NCBI RefSeq assembly: GCF_006345805.1
Contig: NC_043000.1
Span: 27,962,001 to 28,026,000 of the forward strand
Reading direction: 5' to 3'
Source: Octopus sinensis
Taxonomy: Eukaryota
DNA: 64,000 nt
Positions 1 to 12,960 of this stretch are shown one piece after another (position 1 is the stretch's first letter; each line of letters starts with the position of its first letter). A program made the translations under genes and the position numbers. Below the pieces are notes generated by a model that did no database searches, was not told the origin of the DNA, and saw only the letters and a program-made list of their open reading frames with translations.

Positions 1-26
1 AGTACGCATATATATATGTATGTATG

Positions 27-75
<49 letters not shown>

Positions 76-78
<3 letters not shown>

Positions 79-285
79 CGTATATATATGTATGTGTACA
101 CATATATAATATACACATAGTTCCTCAAGCTATATAAATACCATTACTAATGTATATGTTTAAATATATATATATATATGTATGTATATGCACATGCATA
201 TGAATATCTATATGCACAGAAATATTCATTAATATGTACAGTATACTAGCACACACATTCGTATACACGTGTGTATGTATGTATA

Positions 286-320
<35 letters not shown>

Positions 321-547
321 TATATATATATATATATATAAGCGTATATATATGTATGTGTACACATATATAATATACACATAGTTCCTCAAGCTTATAT
401 AAATACCATTACTAATGTATATGTTTAAATATATATATATATATGTATGTATATGCACATGCATATGAATATCTATATGCACAGAAATATTCATTAATAT
501 GTACAAGTATACTAGCACACACATTCGTATACACGTGTGTATGTATG

Positions 548-603
<56 letters not shown>
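76..603. repeat. Direct tandem duplication, ~264-bp unit x2, bounded by (TA)n
   Basis: aagcgtatatatatgtatgtgtacac...gtatacacgtgtgtatg starts at 76 and again at 340; outside the TA runs the copies differ only by 1-nt indels. Confidence 0.9.
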
Positions 604-611
<8 letters not shown>

Positions 612-1155
612 TATATATGTGCGTATGTAGATATATGTATGTACATATATGAATACATATGTATATATACATATGTGTGTGTCCATGAATATGTGTATAT
701 GTTATGTGTGCCTACGTGCGCGTGACTCTTTGTATGCGTCTAAATATATACATGCATATGTATGTATGTGTGTATGTATGTATGTATGTATGTATGTATG
801 TATGTATGTATGTATGCATGTGCGCAGATCATTTGCTTCCCTTATTACACGTAACCGTCGATTCATTTTGTATGTCTTGTGTAATAATCTTGGCCTCAAG
901 CCGGAATATTGATATAATATTCAGTAATATCACAATTAATATCCGGTTATCATATTAGACAGCATTTACTACTCTAAGTTATTGATGTGATTACATCAGG
1001 AGACACATGCTGGTCCATACGAGTGTATGCGATGTGTTGGGAGGGGCTGTATCTGAGGCCTTCACTCGGCTTACATGTAGGGCAAAAGCATAACTTCAGA
1101 AAGAGTAATAGCAAAAAAACACAATAACGCCGCCACCACCACCAGTAATAATAAC

Positions 1156-1560
1156 GGCTTTAAATTTTAGCGCAAGGCCATCAGTTATGAAGGCGGGTGT
1201 AAGTCGATTACGTCGACCCCAATACTTAACCGGTCTTATTTCGTAGACCTCGAAATATTGAAAGGTAAATTGGACATCGGCGAAATTTGTTTCCTGAACG
1301 GCAAAATTGACGCGACGCCGCTAAGCGATCTGCCCGTGTGCCGCCTCATTGATATTTGTTTAAATTTTGGAGTAAAATCTGTAATTTCAGTGAGAGTGGG
1401 ATTGATCGATTGCATTGACTCCAGAAGGTGGTAGGATATTATTTGGTCGATTCCGTAGAGATGAAATGCAAGATTGACCCCAGCGAAATTTAAACTTAAA
1501 GAACTGCAAAAAATACCGCTAGTCATATTATCTAAGCCTTAGTAATTCTGGTTGCTCGCG
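1156..1560 (-). mobile_element. Two old, diverged copies of SINE family A
   Basis: Degenerate matches to the family A body (gtcgattacgtcgacccc...gaaaggtaaattggacatcggcgaaattt). Confidence 0.6.
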
Positions 1561-1565
1561 GCCTG

Positions 1566-1942
1566 TAATAATAATCCATTCTACTGTAAGTACAAGAAAT
1601 GAAATGTGTGGGGAGGGGATAAGTCAATTACATCGACCCCAGTGCTCAACTGGTACTTAATTTATCGACTCCGAAATGATGAAAGTCAAAGTCGACCTCG
1701 GCGGAACTTGAACTCACAACGTAGCGGTAGACGAAATACCAATTTCTTTACTACCCACAAGGGGCTAAACACAGAGAGGACAAACAAGGACAGACAAACG
1801 GATTAAGTCGATTATATCGACCCTAGTGCGTAACTGGCACTTATTTAACCGACCCCGAAATGATGAGAGGCAAAGTCGACCTCGGCGGAATTTGAACTCA
1901 GAACGTAACGGCAGACGAAATACCGCTAAGCATTTCACCCGG
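1566..1942 (-). mobile_element. SINE family A (tRNA-derived, Meta/MESC-like central domain), two internal units
   Basis: Reverse strand has B-box-like GAGTTCAAATTCC then gtcgactttgcctttcatc...gtcg...taagtaccag, repeated at ~180-bp spacing. More than 15 copies in the window. The domain name is from recalled similarity. Confidence 0.85.
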
Positions 1943-2244
1943 TCTTGGCCTTTAATAATAATCACAATAACTATAACATTTGATTGTGAGAAGGTAGAAA
2001 GTGATAATCGATTACATTAACAGAAGTATTATTCTGGCACTTAATTTTATCAACGTTGAAAAGATTAAAGGCTTCAGCGGTATTTGAACTTAGCGGGAAA
2101 AACCCCGGGGAAAATACAGCAAATCATATATTCCTGTACTCTAACAAACATGCCATATCACCGATTTTGGTTATTGACAAAATTCGGAAGAGTCCGTAAA
2201 TAGATGTGATGTACATTAACAATAGCGTTTCATACTCTAAATAG

Positions 2245-2560
2245 ATGTATCTGTACAGAAGAAGGCGGCGAGTACAGAAGGCGAGTAAGAAATGTTTCTC
2301 CCGACATAGGAAACCAGATTCGAAGCCTGTTACACATCACTTCAGAACCTTTAGCTCACAACAGTCCGATATAATTATTCAAATAGTGCCAGTGTTGTCA
2401 CTCTCAATTTCACAAAACTACTTGTCAATAGATTCAACCTCTCTGCCCTTAAGTTCATTTGAAGGTGGAAATTCGAAGAAGCTGACGCAGGATTTGCTGG
2501 AAAAGAGTTATGTCATTAGAATTTTCAAGCGTTCCCTGAGGACCACTTTTTGGCATAGGC
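2245..2560 (+). pseudogene. Possible highly decayed PLE GIY-YIG C-terminal fragment
   Basis: SRHRKPDSKPVTHHFRT..DIIIQIV resembles the H..I....PV..HF segment of Penelope endonucleases; no intact YIG motif. Confidence 0.3.
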
Positions 2561-2726
2561 ACCAAATAAAGGAAGATGATTACCGATTCTTCTTTGTGAA
2601 TGGGAAATGTATGAAATTTTTAATCGGGTAATGAAAAGCACTGAAAATTTCGGATAGAAAAGCCAGCAGTCTGTCTCCTGAAATAAGATATCCAAGGCCA
2701 CTTTCCCAAAGGTGATGTAAATTATA

Positions 2727-2772
<46 letters not shown>

Positions 2773-3599
2773 TATGTATGTATGCATGTATGTAGTATGT
2801 ATGTATGTATGTATGTATATATACAAATATGTTAATGAAAATAAAGTTTATTTGTTACCCGAAAAATTACTGAATCTGTTGATACCACATACATAAAAAT
2901 CAGCAACTCAGTTTTCGAATATATTCGTTAATTTCCGTAATTTATTTTTATTTCTTAATATGTTGAAGATAGCAGAAATTGAGAGAAAGGAGAAAGCTAA
3001 ACCGTATTATTTGCTTTGGAGTGAGTGCAGAAAGTGAAAAAGAGAAGAAATTGAAATATGCACGTAGTGTATATGTAATGGACGTGTGTGTGTGTGTGTG
3101 TGCGCGTGTACGCGAGAGAGAGAGAAGCGTGTTGTCATGTATGTGTAAGTGGCACTCGGTCTCTTCCCCCCCCCACACACACATCTTTCATATACACATA
3201 CAGAGATACATATGCATACAAGTTTTTTGTATATATGTGTGCGTGTGCATGCACGAGAGAAATTGAGTGACTATATGTCATCATGACATATAGAGAAATA
3301 GACGTCTTTTAAGGTACAAACTCATATAGAAAATGTGATGTCATCGTTGTCGTCGTAGTATAAAATGCATACGATAGTTAACTTATGGAAAATATTATAA
3401 TGTAAAATTTTTGTAATGCAAATACGGAAATGAAAATGAAGTTTATTTGGTAGTCGTAAGATTACTGAATCTTTCGATATCCCATACGTCAAAATCGGCA
3501 ATTCGAATGCATAAGGAAGATACGCACACACACATACACACACACTCTTATATATATATATATATAATATATATATATATTATATATATATATATATAA

Positions 3600-3968
3600 G
3601 AAGGATCATAATTTATACTGGAACAAGGCCACCAGTTCACCATTAGAACAAACTTCACCTGCGCATCAGAAAACTTAATCTACGTCATAACATGCGCAGG
3701 CTGCAATAGGCAGTATATAGGCCATACAAAAAATAGCTTACGTAACAGGATGGCGGTGCATAAATCACAAATTAGAAACCCTGATTACCGCAAAATACCG
3801 GTCAGCGGACACATAGATAGATGTGCTGGAAATGTAAATCCGAAATTTACAACTAACCCGCTCTATAAATTCAGTGACAACGCAACCTTCACACAACGCC
3901 AAAATAAAGAACTATATTTCATTAAAAAATTTAGACCAAGTTTAAACACCCTGGGCCAGGAATACTAA
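3600..3968 (+). pseudogene. Penelope-like element GIY-YIG endonuclease, 5'-truncated
   Basis: The frame of ORF 3750 extends upstream: FTIRTNFTCASENLIYVITCAGCNRQYIGHTKNSLRNRMAVHKSQIR...ELYFIKKFRPSLN. It shows LIY/YIG, CxxC, the conserved R and E, and terminal P-x-LN. One stop at 3609; begins directly at a (TA)n run. Confidence 0.9.
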
Positions 3969-4137
3969 AACAAAAGATAAGTCCTCCGAAAAGGAGAAGC
4001 AAATTTCCACCACGGCCGCTACTTTAAACAGACACTCGCTCTGACGGAAATATGCCTTAGTAAAAAAGGAAAAAAATTCTTTCGTGCAAATCTGACCCTG
4101 ATATATACGATACAGCTAAGGGTCAGACCCGACTCTG

Positions 4138-4584
4138 ATTGGTCAACAAGTTGATGACGTCTAGCTCTGCTAGAATGGACAGGATACAAACAGGGGACAG
4201 TCATTAGTCAGAATATTGATGACGTCCTTTTCTACTTGACTAGTCACCTAACAAGTACAGACAGGGGGCAGATCTAATGTAGCTATAAGTCGTGATTGGG
4301 CAGAATCTGGATGACGTCCTGTTCTGCTTGACTAACGAAGCGACTGGTCAAAACAGGAAACAAACAAGAGGCAGTTATAATGCAGCGATTGGTCAAAATA
4401 ATGATGACGTCCCGTTCTGCTTGACTAAAGCCACCTAACGAAACGATTGGTCAAAACGTTGATGACGTCACGCTACGCTGGATTGACCACCTAACAGGCA
4501 TTATAAAACCGAGCACTTCACAAAACGCACTAGAGCCACCCAGCGAACATCCACCATGGACCATCACAATTACTTAAGGTAAAA
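4138..4584 (+). promoter_or_regulatory. Putative Pol II promoter: 5x (ATTGG-N10-GATGACGTC), TATAAAA, Kozak ATG, splice donor
   Basis: Modules at 4138, 4203 (ATTAG variant), 4295, 4388, 4446; TATAAAA 4502-4508; CCACCATGG with ATG at 4556; AAG/GTAAAA donor at 4579. Confidence 0.65.
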
Positions 4585-4849
4585 ATGAATTCCTCGCTCT
4601 TTCGGAAACATCAATCTTCTGTATTGACCGCTTTCCACAACTTTGATCTGCTTTTTGTATTGAATACGTATCGCCACCGTGGGCCACTGCATCGAACACT
4701 TTGAACATATACTTCAAACTATATATCAACTATACATGAACTATATATCAACTATACATGAACTCTAAGATGTCTGACTCCGTTGTGTATTATAAATGAA
4801 TTTCTTGTGTTTGACGGCATGAGCTGTCTTTTTTTATATATAACTTTTT

Positions 4850-4884
4850 TTGATAAGGTTCATTTCAGGAACTGAAACATGTTA
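4850..4884 (+). ncRNA. Degenerate minimal type I hammerhead motif
   Basis: ttgataa (cf. CUGANGA)-ggttc/atttcag/gaact stem II-GAAA-catg palindrome-tt; core mutated, stem I unclear. Confidence 0.45.
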
Positions 4885-4960
4885 TAATGTATATATAAAA
4901 ATTAAAAATTGTATAATACAGCAGCATTTTCGAACTTCATTTTTTACAATATATATATAT

Positions 4961-4991
<31 letters not shown>

Positions 4992-5184
4992 GGAAGTATC
5001 TCTGTCTGTCGTTCTCTCTGTCTGTCTCTCACATTCTTTGTGTTCCTATCTCTTTTTGTTTCCTCCCCTTCCCTGGTATCAGCTACCCTCATTATGTCAC
5101 GCTTCCCTGAACCTAACCCCTCTCAGGTTATCCTGTAATAGCCCAACCCCCGTATCGATTCTTATTGAGATCTAATTAGCCTAG

Positions 5185-5314
5185 AATTGAACTTGATGTT
5201 AGTTCAACGTGCATACAAAGTTTGGTGAAGATTGGTTCCCTGGTTTTGGCAGCAAGATGGTAGCAGACAGACGGACAGACAGACTGAAAGAAACTGCCAT
5301 TTATATATAAGATT
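5185..5314 (-). mobile_element. Helitron-like 5' terminal fragment
   Basis: Reverse strand begins a-tcttatatataaa, then (gtct)n and ccaatcttcaccaaacttt, a layout common in non-autonomous Helitrons. Confidence 0.4.
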
Positions 5315-5854
5315 ATATCATACTGTATTATGCTATTTTATATATATTATATATCATGTTGGAATTAGGACTTACGGAGAGATAATATCCTTTTCTCTGC
5401 AAGAAACTTATGAAGACACCTGAGATTCGTGACTAAATCTCAGGATAACATGTCTGTATCTCAGAGAGATAAATGCGTATACGCATGCGAATTGGGAAAT
5501 GACTACGGAGCATATCTTAAAAACAACTATATAGCAGTTAATCAATATGTGTGAGTGATTGAGCTTTAAGATGGCTAGGTATTCATTTAGAAAACTAAAA
5601 TAAATGTCATTGTTCGGAAAATGCTCAATGTGAGTATTACATTGAAAGTGGTTAATTTTCAGAACTGCAAGAAAGCATAAAAGACACGGAACAACAAGCA
5701 TCATTAAAGAAATATAGTCTCGTATTAAGAAACAACAAGGAAAAGAGTCGCAAACTTAACTATATATCAATTAAATATAACTGTTATTATACATAACCAC
5801 ATTTTGTTAAATATAACATATGTCTGTTACAAATCAAATCTAGGAAAAAATTAT

Positions 5855-6982
5855 GATTTCTATTCCAGGCACAAGGATTTGAAAATTGGGGGGGGGAAGG
5901 AGGGGGCTAGTCGATTATATCGATCCAAGTGCGTAACTGATACTTATGTCGACCCCAAAAGGATGAAAGGCAAAGTCGACCATTGGGGCGTAATTTGAAC
6001 TCAGAACGTAGCGGCAGACGTTCTGCCAGCTCGCCGCTTTCTAGAAAAGAGAATAAACACAATGTAGAAGATTTACAAGGCGGCGAGCTGGCAGAAACGT
6101 TAGCATGCCGGGCGAAATGCTTACCGGTATTTCGTCTATCGCTACATTCTGAGTTCAAATTCCGCCGACGTCGACTTTGCCTGATGTAATCGACTTAATC
6201 CGCTTGTCTGTCCTTGTTTGTCATCTCTGTGTTTAGCCCCTTGTGGGTAGTAAAGCTATAGGTATTTCGTCTGTCTTCACGTTCTGAGTTCAATTTCCGC
6301 CGAGGTCGACCTTGCCTCGAAAGAATTAAATTCTTTCGAGGTTCGATAAATAAGTACCAGTTATGCACTGGGATCGATATCAATGACAATCGCTCTGCTT
6401 GGCCTTGTTTGTTTCGTCTATTCTTAGGCCCCTACCCGACCCCTGTGGGCAATAAAGAAACAGGTATTTCGTTGCCAGAGGCGGCGAACTGGTAGAAACG
6501 TTAACATATCGAGCGAAATGTTTAGCGATATTTCATCTGTCTTCATTTTCTGCGTTCAAATTCCTCCAAGTTCGACTTTGCCTTTCATCCTTTCGGGGTC
6601 GATAAATTAAGTACCAGCTGCGTACTGGGGTCGATCTAATCGACTGTTTCCCTCCCCCAAAATTTCGGGCCTTATGCCTACAGTAAAAAATAATATTTCC
6701 TTGCCAAACGTACTAAAGGTGGCCGAAAAGAAATGATCTACTCATAAATAAAACAATAATTCCATTGCACAACGTCTCGTCGAAATGCCCTTTTATCGTA
6801 GCCACATATTGGTTTCAAATTTAGGCACAAGGCCAGTAATTCCGGGGTAGGGGCTGAGTCGGTTAAATCGACACCAGTGCTCAACTAGTACTAATTTTAA
6901 AGCCCCGAAATGATAAAAGACAAAGTCGACTCCGGTGGTATTTGAACCCAGACCGTAAAGACGGTCGAAATGCCGCTAAGCA
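5855..6982. mobile_element. Cluster of family A SINEs in both orientations (5855-6037 -, 6079-6470 +, 6479-6695 +, 6810-6982 -)
   Basis: Heads ggcggcgagctggcagaaacgttagc at 6079 and a variant at 6479; antisense copies on both sides. Confidence 0.85.
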
Positions 6983-7315
6983 CATATTAAGCACTACTTC
7001 AAGAGTAAAATTCGGTAAATAGAAATTGTACGGACGCTCATTATGTTTACATATTTCTGTGTGTATATTTATGATTACTTGTGAAATCACATATGAAATT
7101 CTGTGCTCCTGTATGACTCAGAAGGAAACTGCATAATCGATAGAGATGAAGACTTTGTGTAGGATGCTGAAATAATTACAAGAAACCTTGAAGATGGTGA
7201 GTTTGCGTGGGTGAAGGCCAGAGACTGAAACCAATAAAGGAGAAATATATGTGGGTGTGTGAGAAATTAACTTGTAAACATAGTTCGTCTTATCATTAAT
7301 CAGTTGAGTTAATAA

Positions 7316-7621
7316 TAACAAGAGCGCTCGGAGAGTGCAAACCTCCGCCGACGCAACACCATCATACTCTCAACGATTAGCCGGAGATGACTTTTAAAAT
7401 GAGAATATCTGAAATAAACTCCACTGCTCTCATAAATGAGAATACTAAAAATGAGCCTGACCGCTCTCAAAAATTAAGTAAAAAAAAAAAAAAAGGAAAA
7501 ATAATTCAGAATCCTTGACAGTTTCATCCAAATCTATCCAGCGGTTCTTGAGCTATTTTGTCCACGGACAAACAAGTACGACTGAAAACAATATCTGCCC
7601 CTTCGATAAGGCGAAGGTAAT
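7316..7621. mobile_element. Non-autonomous Helentron-associated (HINE/DINE-like) element, internally deleted copy
   Basis: Aligns end to end with 55390-55758; subterminal cctccgcc / ggcgaagg inverted motif and terminal hairpin; no ORF. Confidence 0.55.
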
Positions 7622-7964
7622 ATATGTTCCTAAAGACTAGAAATGCATTTTAATCATGAAGGCTTCCTACGTCCATTTGCATGAAAAATTCCCTGTGTCT
7701 ACATATGTGTCTTTAGTTTTTAAGTTCTTGTATCCTTCTTAGAAGGAGGCGGTAGGTTTGTATCAAAAGTTTCATCATTGAAATTTGGATAATAACAATG
7801 ATAATGGTTGCATATGGATCTTTATAAAAATCTTGCATATTTTTAATATTTCCGCTTAGATATTGTATCTCTGTAGTTTGTGCTATCCAGTCTTTTGTTT
7901 GCTTCAAATTCTTAAGTATGTACATACATTTGTACGTATGTTTATGTATGCCTGCCTACATGTA

Positions 7965-8014
<50 letters not shown>

Positions 8015-8101
8015 GTACATTGTGTGAGAGAGAGTGTGTGTGGGGGCTTGCGTGTAGTACATATATATTTAAGTACTTTGTAGATATACATATTTAAATA
8101 A

Positions 8102-8144
<43 letters not shown>

Positions 8145-9476
8145 TAATATATATATATATATATATATTATGTATGCATGTAACCAGCTATATTTTAATT
8201 TATTTATGCATTTTTATTTTACAAACTAGACACATTTAACTATTCTGTTTTCGACATTAATCTGCAAATTGTTTCGAAATAGTTTCCTAAATATATATTG
8301 TAGAAGTCCTATTGTTCAGAAAAGCATTGGATATAATGCGACATTTGTAATTCGTATTAAGTTATTTCCAGTATATTCTCATGTTGAAAATACATACAAT
8401 AGTGATATATTATTCATTTCTTACGTCTTTGTTAATATTTTCACTCGAATTACTTGTTTTGTTTTCTATTGCCTACAGACCGTATTTATATTCATGCAAA
8501 TGAAACAGGCATTTTATTAACATTTGATTCAGTAGCATTGAGATAGATCTTTACTACGTAAAATAAATAAATAATCGTTTGTAACATTCGAAACAAAAAA
8601 AAGTAGTCTTACGTAGTAAACGTACGGCAATCGATCCAATATATTGTTATATATTAGAATTTCGATTACTCAACTCGCAGTATTGATATGGTAATATTAA
8701 CCTTATATAAATTAAAGTTACATACAAGGCCTATTGAACATATATTTATAACAATAGTGTTCATATAAAGTGTGCCAATTAATAAATATTTCAGAAATGT
8801 AATTTCAAAATTTTAATTGTGAAATATTCCACTTGGAGGTAGAACAATTGCTAATAATTAATTATGATATAATCAATACTGGAAAAGAGATCTTGTTTCT
8901 AAAACCCTAATCTTCTATCACTTTGTTTGATCTTAATATATTAAACGTATCTATTGGATTTAATTAAAACAGAAGCTAAATTGACATACGCGGGAACTAT
9001 TTAATATATCTGCCTTTCTGTAAATTGTCGTAGAGTATTTTTTTCCTTATCCAATCCTGCACATACAGAGCGATAAACACACGCCCAGATACACACATGG
9101 TACACATATCCTGAAACACACATGCACACATACAACATGCACGCATATATAATGGATTCTCTCGTCGATTTCGACGCATGAGGATCTAACATTAGAACTG
9201 TTAGACTATCTGCACAGATAATAATTATCCAGTAGTGTGGGAAGCCTAGACAGCAGAAAACGGCGTAACTGCGTGCCGCAAACTCAATGAACAATATTCC
9301 TCGCGCTTTTCTATGTTTTTTTCCACCATCCTGTTTAATTGCCTTCGTATTGGGTTAGGGTCCAGCCTATACTGGTATCCTAAAAGCATACCTGTTTCCC
9401 ATACAAGAAATATCTACATTCAGAAACACACTCACACATGCAAACACTGACATACGCACACACACACATAGGTATT

Positions 9477-9886
9477 CTCTTTCACTTTTCTCTTTTACTT
9501 GTTTCAGTCATTTGACTGCGGCCATGCTGGAGCACCGCCTTTAATCGAGCAACTCGACCCCGGGACTTATTCTTTGTAAGCCCAGTACTTATTCTATCGG
9601 TCTCTTTTTTGCCGAACCGCTAAGTGACGGGGACGTAAACACACCAGCATCGGTTGTCAAGCGATGCTAGGGGGACAAACACAGACACACAAACATACAC
9701 ATATATATATATATACATATATACGACAGGCTTCTTTCAGTTTCCGTCTACCAAATCCACTCACAAGGCATTGGTCGGCCCAGGGCTATAGCAGAAGACA
9801 CTTGCCCAAGATGCCACGCAGTGGGACTGAACCCGGAACCATGTGGTTGGTTAGTAAGCTACTTACCACACAGCCACTCCTGCGCC
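9477..9886 (-). mobile_element. SINE family B (tRNA head, CORE-like domain), full length
   Basis: Reverse strand: ggcgcaggagtggctgtgtggtaag (A box), gggttcagtccc (B box), cttgggcaagtgtcttc (CORE-like), internal TA/TG run, tail ...gactgaaacaagtaaaagag. Other copies at 20585 and 36811. Confidence 0.85.
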
Positions 9887-10449
9887 TATATGTGTGTGTG
9901 TGTGAGTGTGTTTGTGTGTGTGTACATATATGTATATCATGTAATTGAAACTCCTGACTTCATATGTCCTTTCAAGAGTTTTGCTTTTCTTGTCCCAAAG
10001 TGACAAAGAGCCACCATACTCACCATACAAGCTTGGTGGTGTTGCTGATTTTGTCGCCTTGGCGGTCCGCCCATACGACAGTCTGCGCTGGGTGAAAAGT
10101 TACGAGTGGCACTCAAGAGAGGCCTGACTATATACATGCTTACATATATACAAAAGTATGTGCGCGCACCTGTCTATTTTTGTGTATAAGGGACAGCCTC
10201 AGGGGCACTCGCGAGCCATTATGTCTTCGAAACATGTAGCATGTAATCACTAATTATAACGGATGCATATATATTTGTGACCTCTGCCCATATGCACACT
10301 TTACCCAACAGCACAGCAAATGTATGAAAGGATGAGAGAGGAAGGGCTCCACAAGTACACATTCTTTTTATATGTTATTCATTGTATATACACAGAGAAT
10401 TTTAAAAGTATACATAGAGTGGATATATATATATATATATATATATATG

Positions 10450-10682
10450 AATATGAAAATGTAATATGTCACAATTATTCGGTAGCCATGATAAAACTCC
10501 GAGTTTCAGACGCCGAGGTGGAAATCCACGCCGCCATCTCTTCACCTCGGCATCTGAAACTCGGAGAGTTTTATCATGGGTACCGAATAATTGTCACATA
10601 TTACATTTACAGATAAATTCCTATATTTACATAATATCGGGGTTTCTTTCATTCTTTTGTTGCCTTACCATTTTTATCAATA

Positions 10683-10690
<8 letters not shown>
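10450..10690. mobile_element. Fold-back PLE-LTR-like fragment in (TA)n
   Basis: Arms ~10458-10520 and 10544-10608 are inverted. The right arm continues into the 3' end shared with 11320-11460; the left arm carries an antisense partial HHR. Confidence 0.7.
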
Positions 10691-10722
<32 letters not shown>

Positions 10723-11292
10723 TGTATATATGCATGTATATATGCATATATATATAGACGTTTTTACTTAGTTTTTTCCATTTTTTTAGGGTTTTTTTTG
10801 GGGGGGGGGAGCATATGTATATTCATTTTTTGTATATGCGTGTGTGTGTATGCGTATATAAATAAACATGTGCGGGTATGTACATATATAGGCGTTTGTG
10901 TGTATGAGTGCATAAGGGCAGCTCCGTATATGAACGTGGTTTTTATGCTTTGTATACTTCCTTATGTTTTTCTGTTACCTTTAACCATGGTTTTTCTTGT
11001 GCTTGTGCGTATATAGACGTATGTATGAACTTTTACGGTATGCGCATGTGTGTGTATGAGTTTTTATATATATGCGTATATATTTGACGAAAAATTGAGT
11101 GAAGATGTGTACGTTTTCATAGTGACGTATAAGTACGCACGTTGCTTGCGAGCGCACATGTGAGCGTATGACTAGCCATGTTTACGTGTTTACTATGAAC
11201 TTTTAATCTTATTTTATATAAGTAGCAGAATTAAAACATGGTAATTTCCCTTTGTATAACGGTATTTTTTCATAGCGTTTTTCAGATGGCCA

Positions 11293-11353
11293 GATAACCG
11301 AAGAGATGGTGTTGTGGATTTCCACTTCGGCATCTGAAACTCAGAGTTTTATC
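11293..11353 (+). ncRNA. Type I hammerhead ribozyme motif, near complete
   Basis: Stem I gataa/ttatc; core cCGAAGA (U4C); stem II gatg...catc enclosing gtgga/tccac; GAAA; stem III ctc-a-gag; UU at the cleavage site. Confidence 0.65.
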
Positions 11354-11773
11354 TTGATTATTGAGTAATTGTAACATATTATTTTATAGATAAATTTCCT
11401 CTATTTACATAATATTGAGGTCTGTTTCTTGCTTTTGTTATCTTACCGTTTTTACCAATATATATATATATATATATACATAGCCTTAGCTCCAGAATAG
11501 AGGTCTTCGGACTGTGCTTACAATTCAGGAAATTCCTGCTGGCATATTGTAACCCACAAGCATAACAGGGTTGCCGGTGACCGGTGATCGATTGCCAAAG
11601 GGAGATAAGTCAATTTGTTTACACTCAGTAGCGGTGTCATTTTCTCCTCCATATTCTAGAGAATCCACTTGCTAAGGAAGCCTGAACCCTAGAGGTTTTG
11701 GGATATTATGATACGCCATAACGCTAAAAACTCATGGACAAGAATCCTATAAACCGGCCTTATCTAACTTAAT

Positions 11774-11807
<34 letters not shown>

Positions 11808-11821
11808 ATATAATATATATA

Positions 11822-12172
11822 TGTAACTTGACTTACCTACATCACCCACGGGCTATAGCTATGATGAGGCAAACCCCTAAGCTGATATATTTTATATATA
11901 ACTCACTGACCCGGACCTACTTTGGTTTGGTTCTGGTGGAGAATTTTCTCGGATGAAGCGTCTGCTCTGTGATTCCCGACGTGATGTAGACTCATCTAGT
12001 ATCGAGGATGAAATTCTAAGTGCCTTTTGAAACAAAAATATGAAAATCTACGCGATGTATATCTCTGAGGAGTTTTGAGGAGGAATTGAAATAAATAGGG
12101 TCTTTGTTATAATACAGAGATATCCCTTTCAGTCACGCAGTTAGTAGCTAAACCCTCACAAGATCTTCTACA
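11822..12172 (+). mobile_element. Candidate solo LTR
   Basis: Starts TGTAAC, ends CTACA; internal TATA-like run and AATAAA (12090); sits between microsatellites. No TSD or second copy seen. Confidence 0.25.
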
Positions 12173-12316
12173 CAGACACAGATACACACATACAAACACA
12201 AACACGCACGCAGACACATACACAAATGTACATAGGTAAATATATATATATTCATATTGCAATATATGTTTATGTATGCCTATGCATGCATATAGATTAA
12301 TGTGTATTATATATAT

Positions 12317-12354
<38 letters not shown>

Positions 12355-12575
12355 GAAATATAAAAATTACTAAGTCGCTCTAAAGATATTACGGCAGCGT
12401 TACTGGAAATTATTGTCATCGCCATATTAATATGGCAGTCTTAGAGATATAAGACTAAAAGCTGTCGCTGATTAGCTCCATAGGCCATCGCCTTAAGATA
12501 AGCTATTTGACACACAACTGTGCCATTATAACATACGAACAAGGGAGGTCAGCCGCTCACACTGCCAGTCAGACA

Positions 12576-12617
12576 GCTACAGACGCGTTTCAGGGTATTT
12601 GCCCTTGTCATTGTAGC
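12576..12617 (-). ncRNA. Degenerate type I hammerhead motif (left arm)
   Basis: Reverse strand: gctaca-atgacaa-ggg caaata ccct-GAAA-cgcg-TC-tgtagc; 6-bp stem I gctaca/tgtagc; core differs from CUGANGA at two positions. Confidence 0.6.
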
Positions 12618-12759
12618 GTAGTCGACCAGCAGGGTCGCTATTGATCGTCTCTGTTCGAAAGTTATTTCTATTATTGAAATCAAGTGATGATTCCACCGAA
12701 ACTAGGTAAATAAAACCTTCGAACAGAGACGATCAGTGCGACACCTGCTGGTCGACTAC

Positions 12760-12801
12760 GCACATTGACAAAGGGCAAATACCCTGAAACGCGTCTGTAG
12801 C
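12760..12801 (+). ncRNA. Degenerate type I hammerhead motif (right arm)
   Basis: gcaca-ttgacaa-aggg caaata ccct-GAAA-cgcg-TC-tgtagc. Confidence 0.55.
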
Positions 12802-12960
12802 TGTCTGACTGCAGTGTGAAGCGGCTGACCTCCCTTGTTCGTATGTTATAATGGACACAGTTTGTGTGTCAAATAGCTATCTTAAGGCGATGGCCTCATG
12901 AGCTAATCAGCGACAGCTTTTAGTCTTAATCTATAAGGCTCATATTAATATGGCGATAAC

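Larger units (their letters stand above)
3600..4947 (+). mobile_element. 5'-truncated PLE (endonuclease end + pseudo-LTR) between two (TA)n runs
   Basis: GIY-YIG end, ~1 kb non-coding region with promoter-like array, HHR-like motif at ~4850, then (TA)n. Confidence 0.75.

Noticed and set aside
246-958. Long YI/CV/HT-rich ORFs here and throughout (e.g. 13.4, 15.8, 23.6, 25.6, 44.1, 54.7 kb)
   Set aside because: Translations of (TA)n/(CA)n microsatellites, which lack stop codons.
2834-3506. Diverged ~75-bp direct repeat at ~2834 and ~3429
   Set aside because: Real similarity but unclassifiable; probably old transposon ends.
4138-4470. Repeat-spacer pattern suggestive of CRISPR
   Set aside because: Degenerate repeats, related spacers, eukaryotic context and no cas genes.
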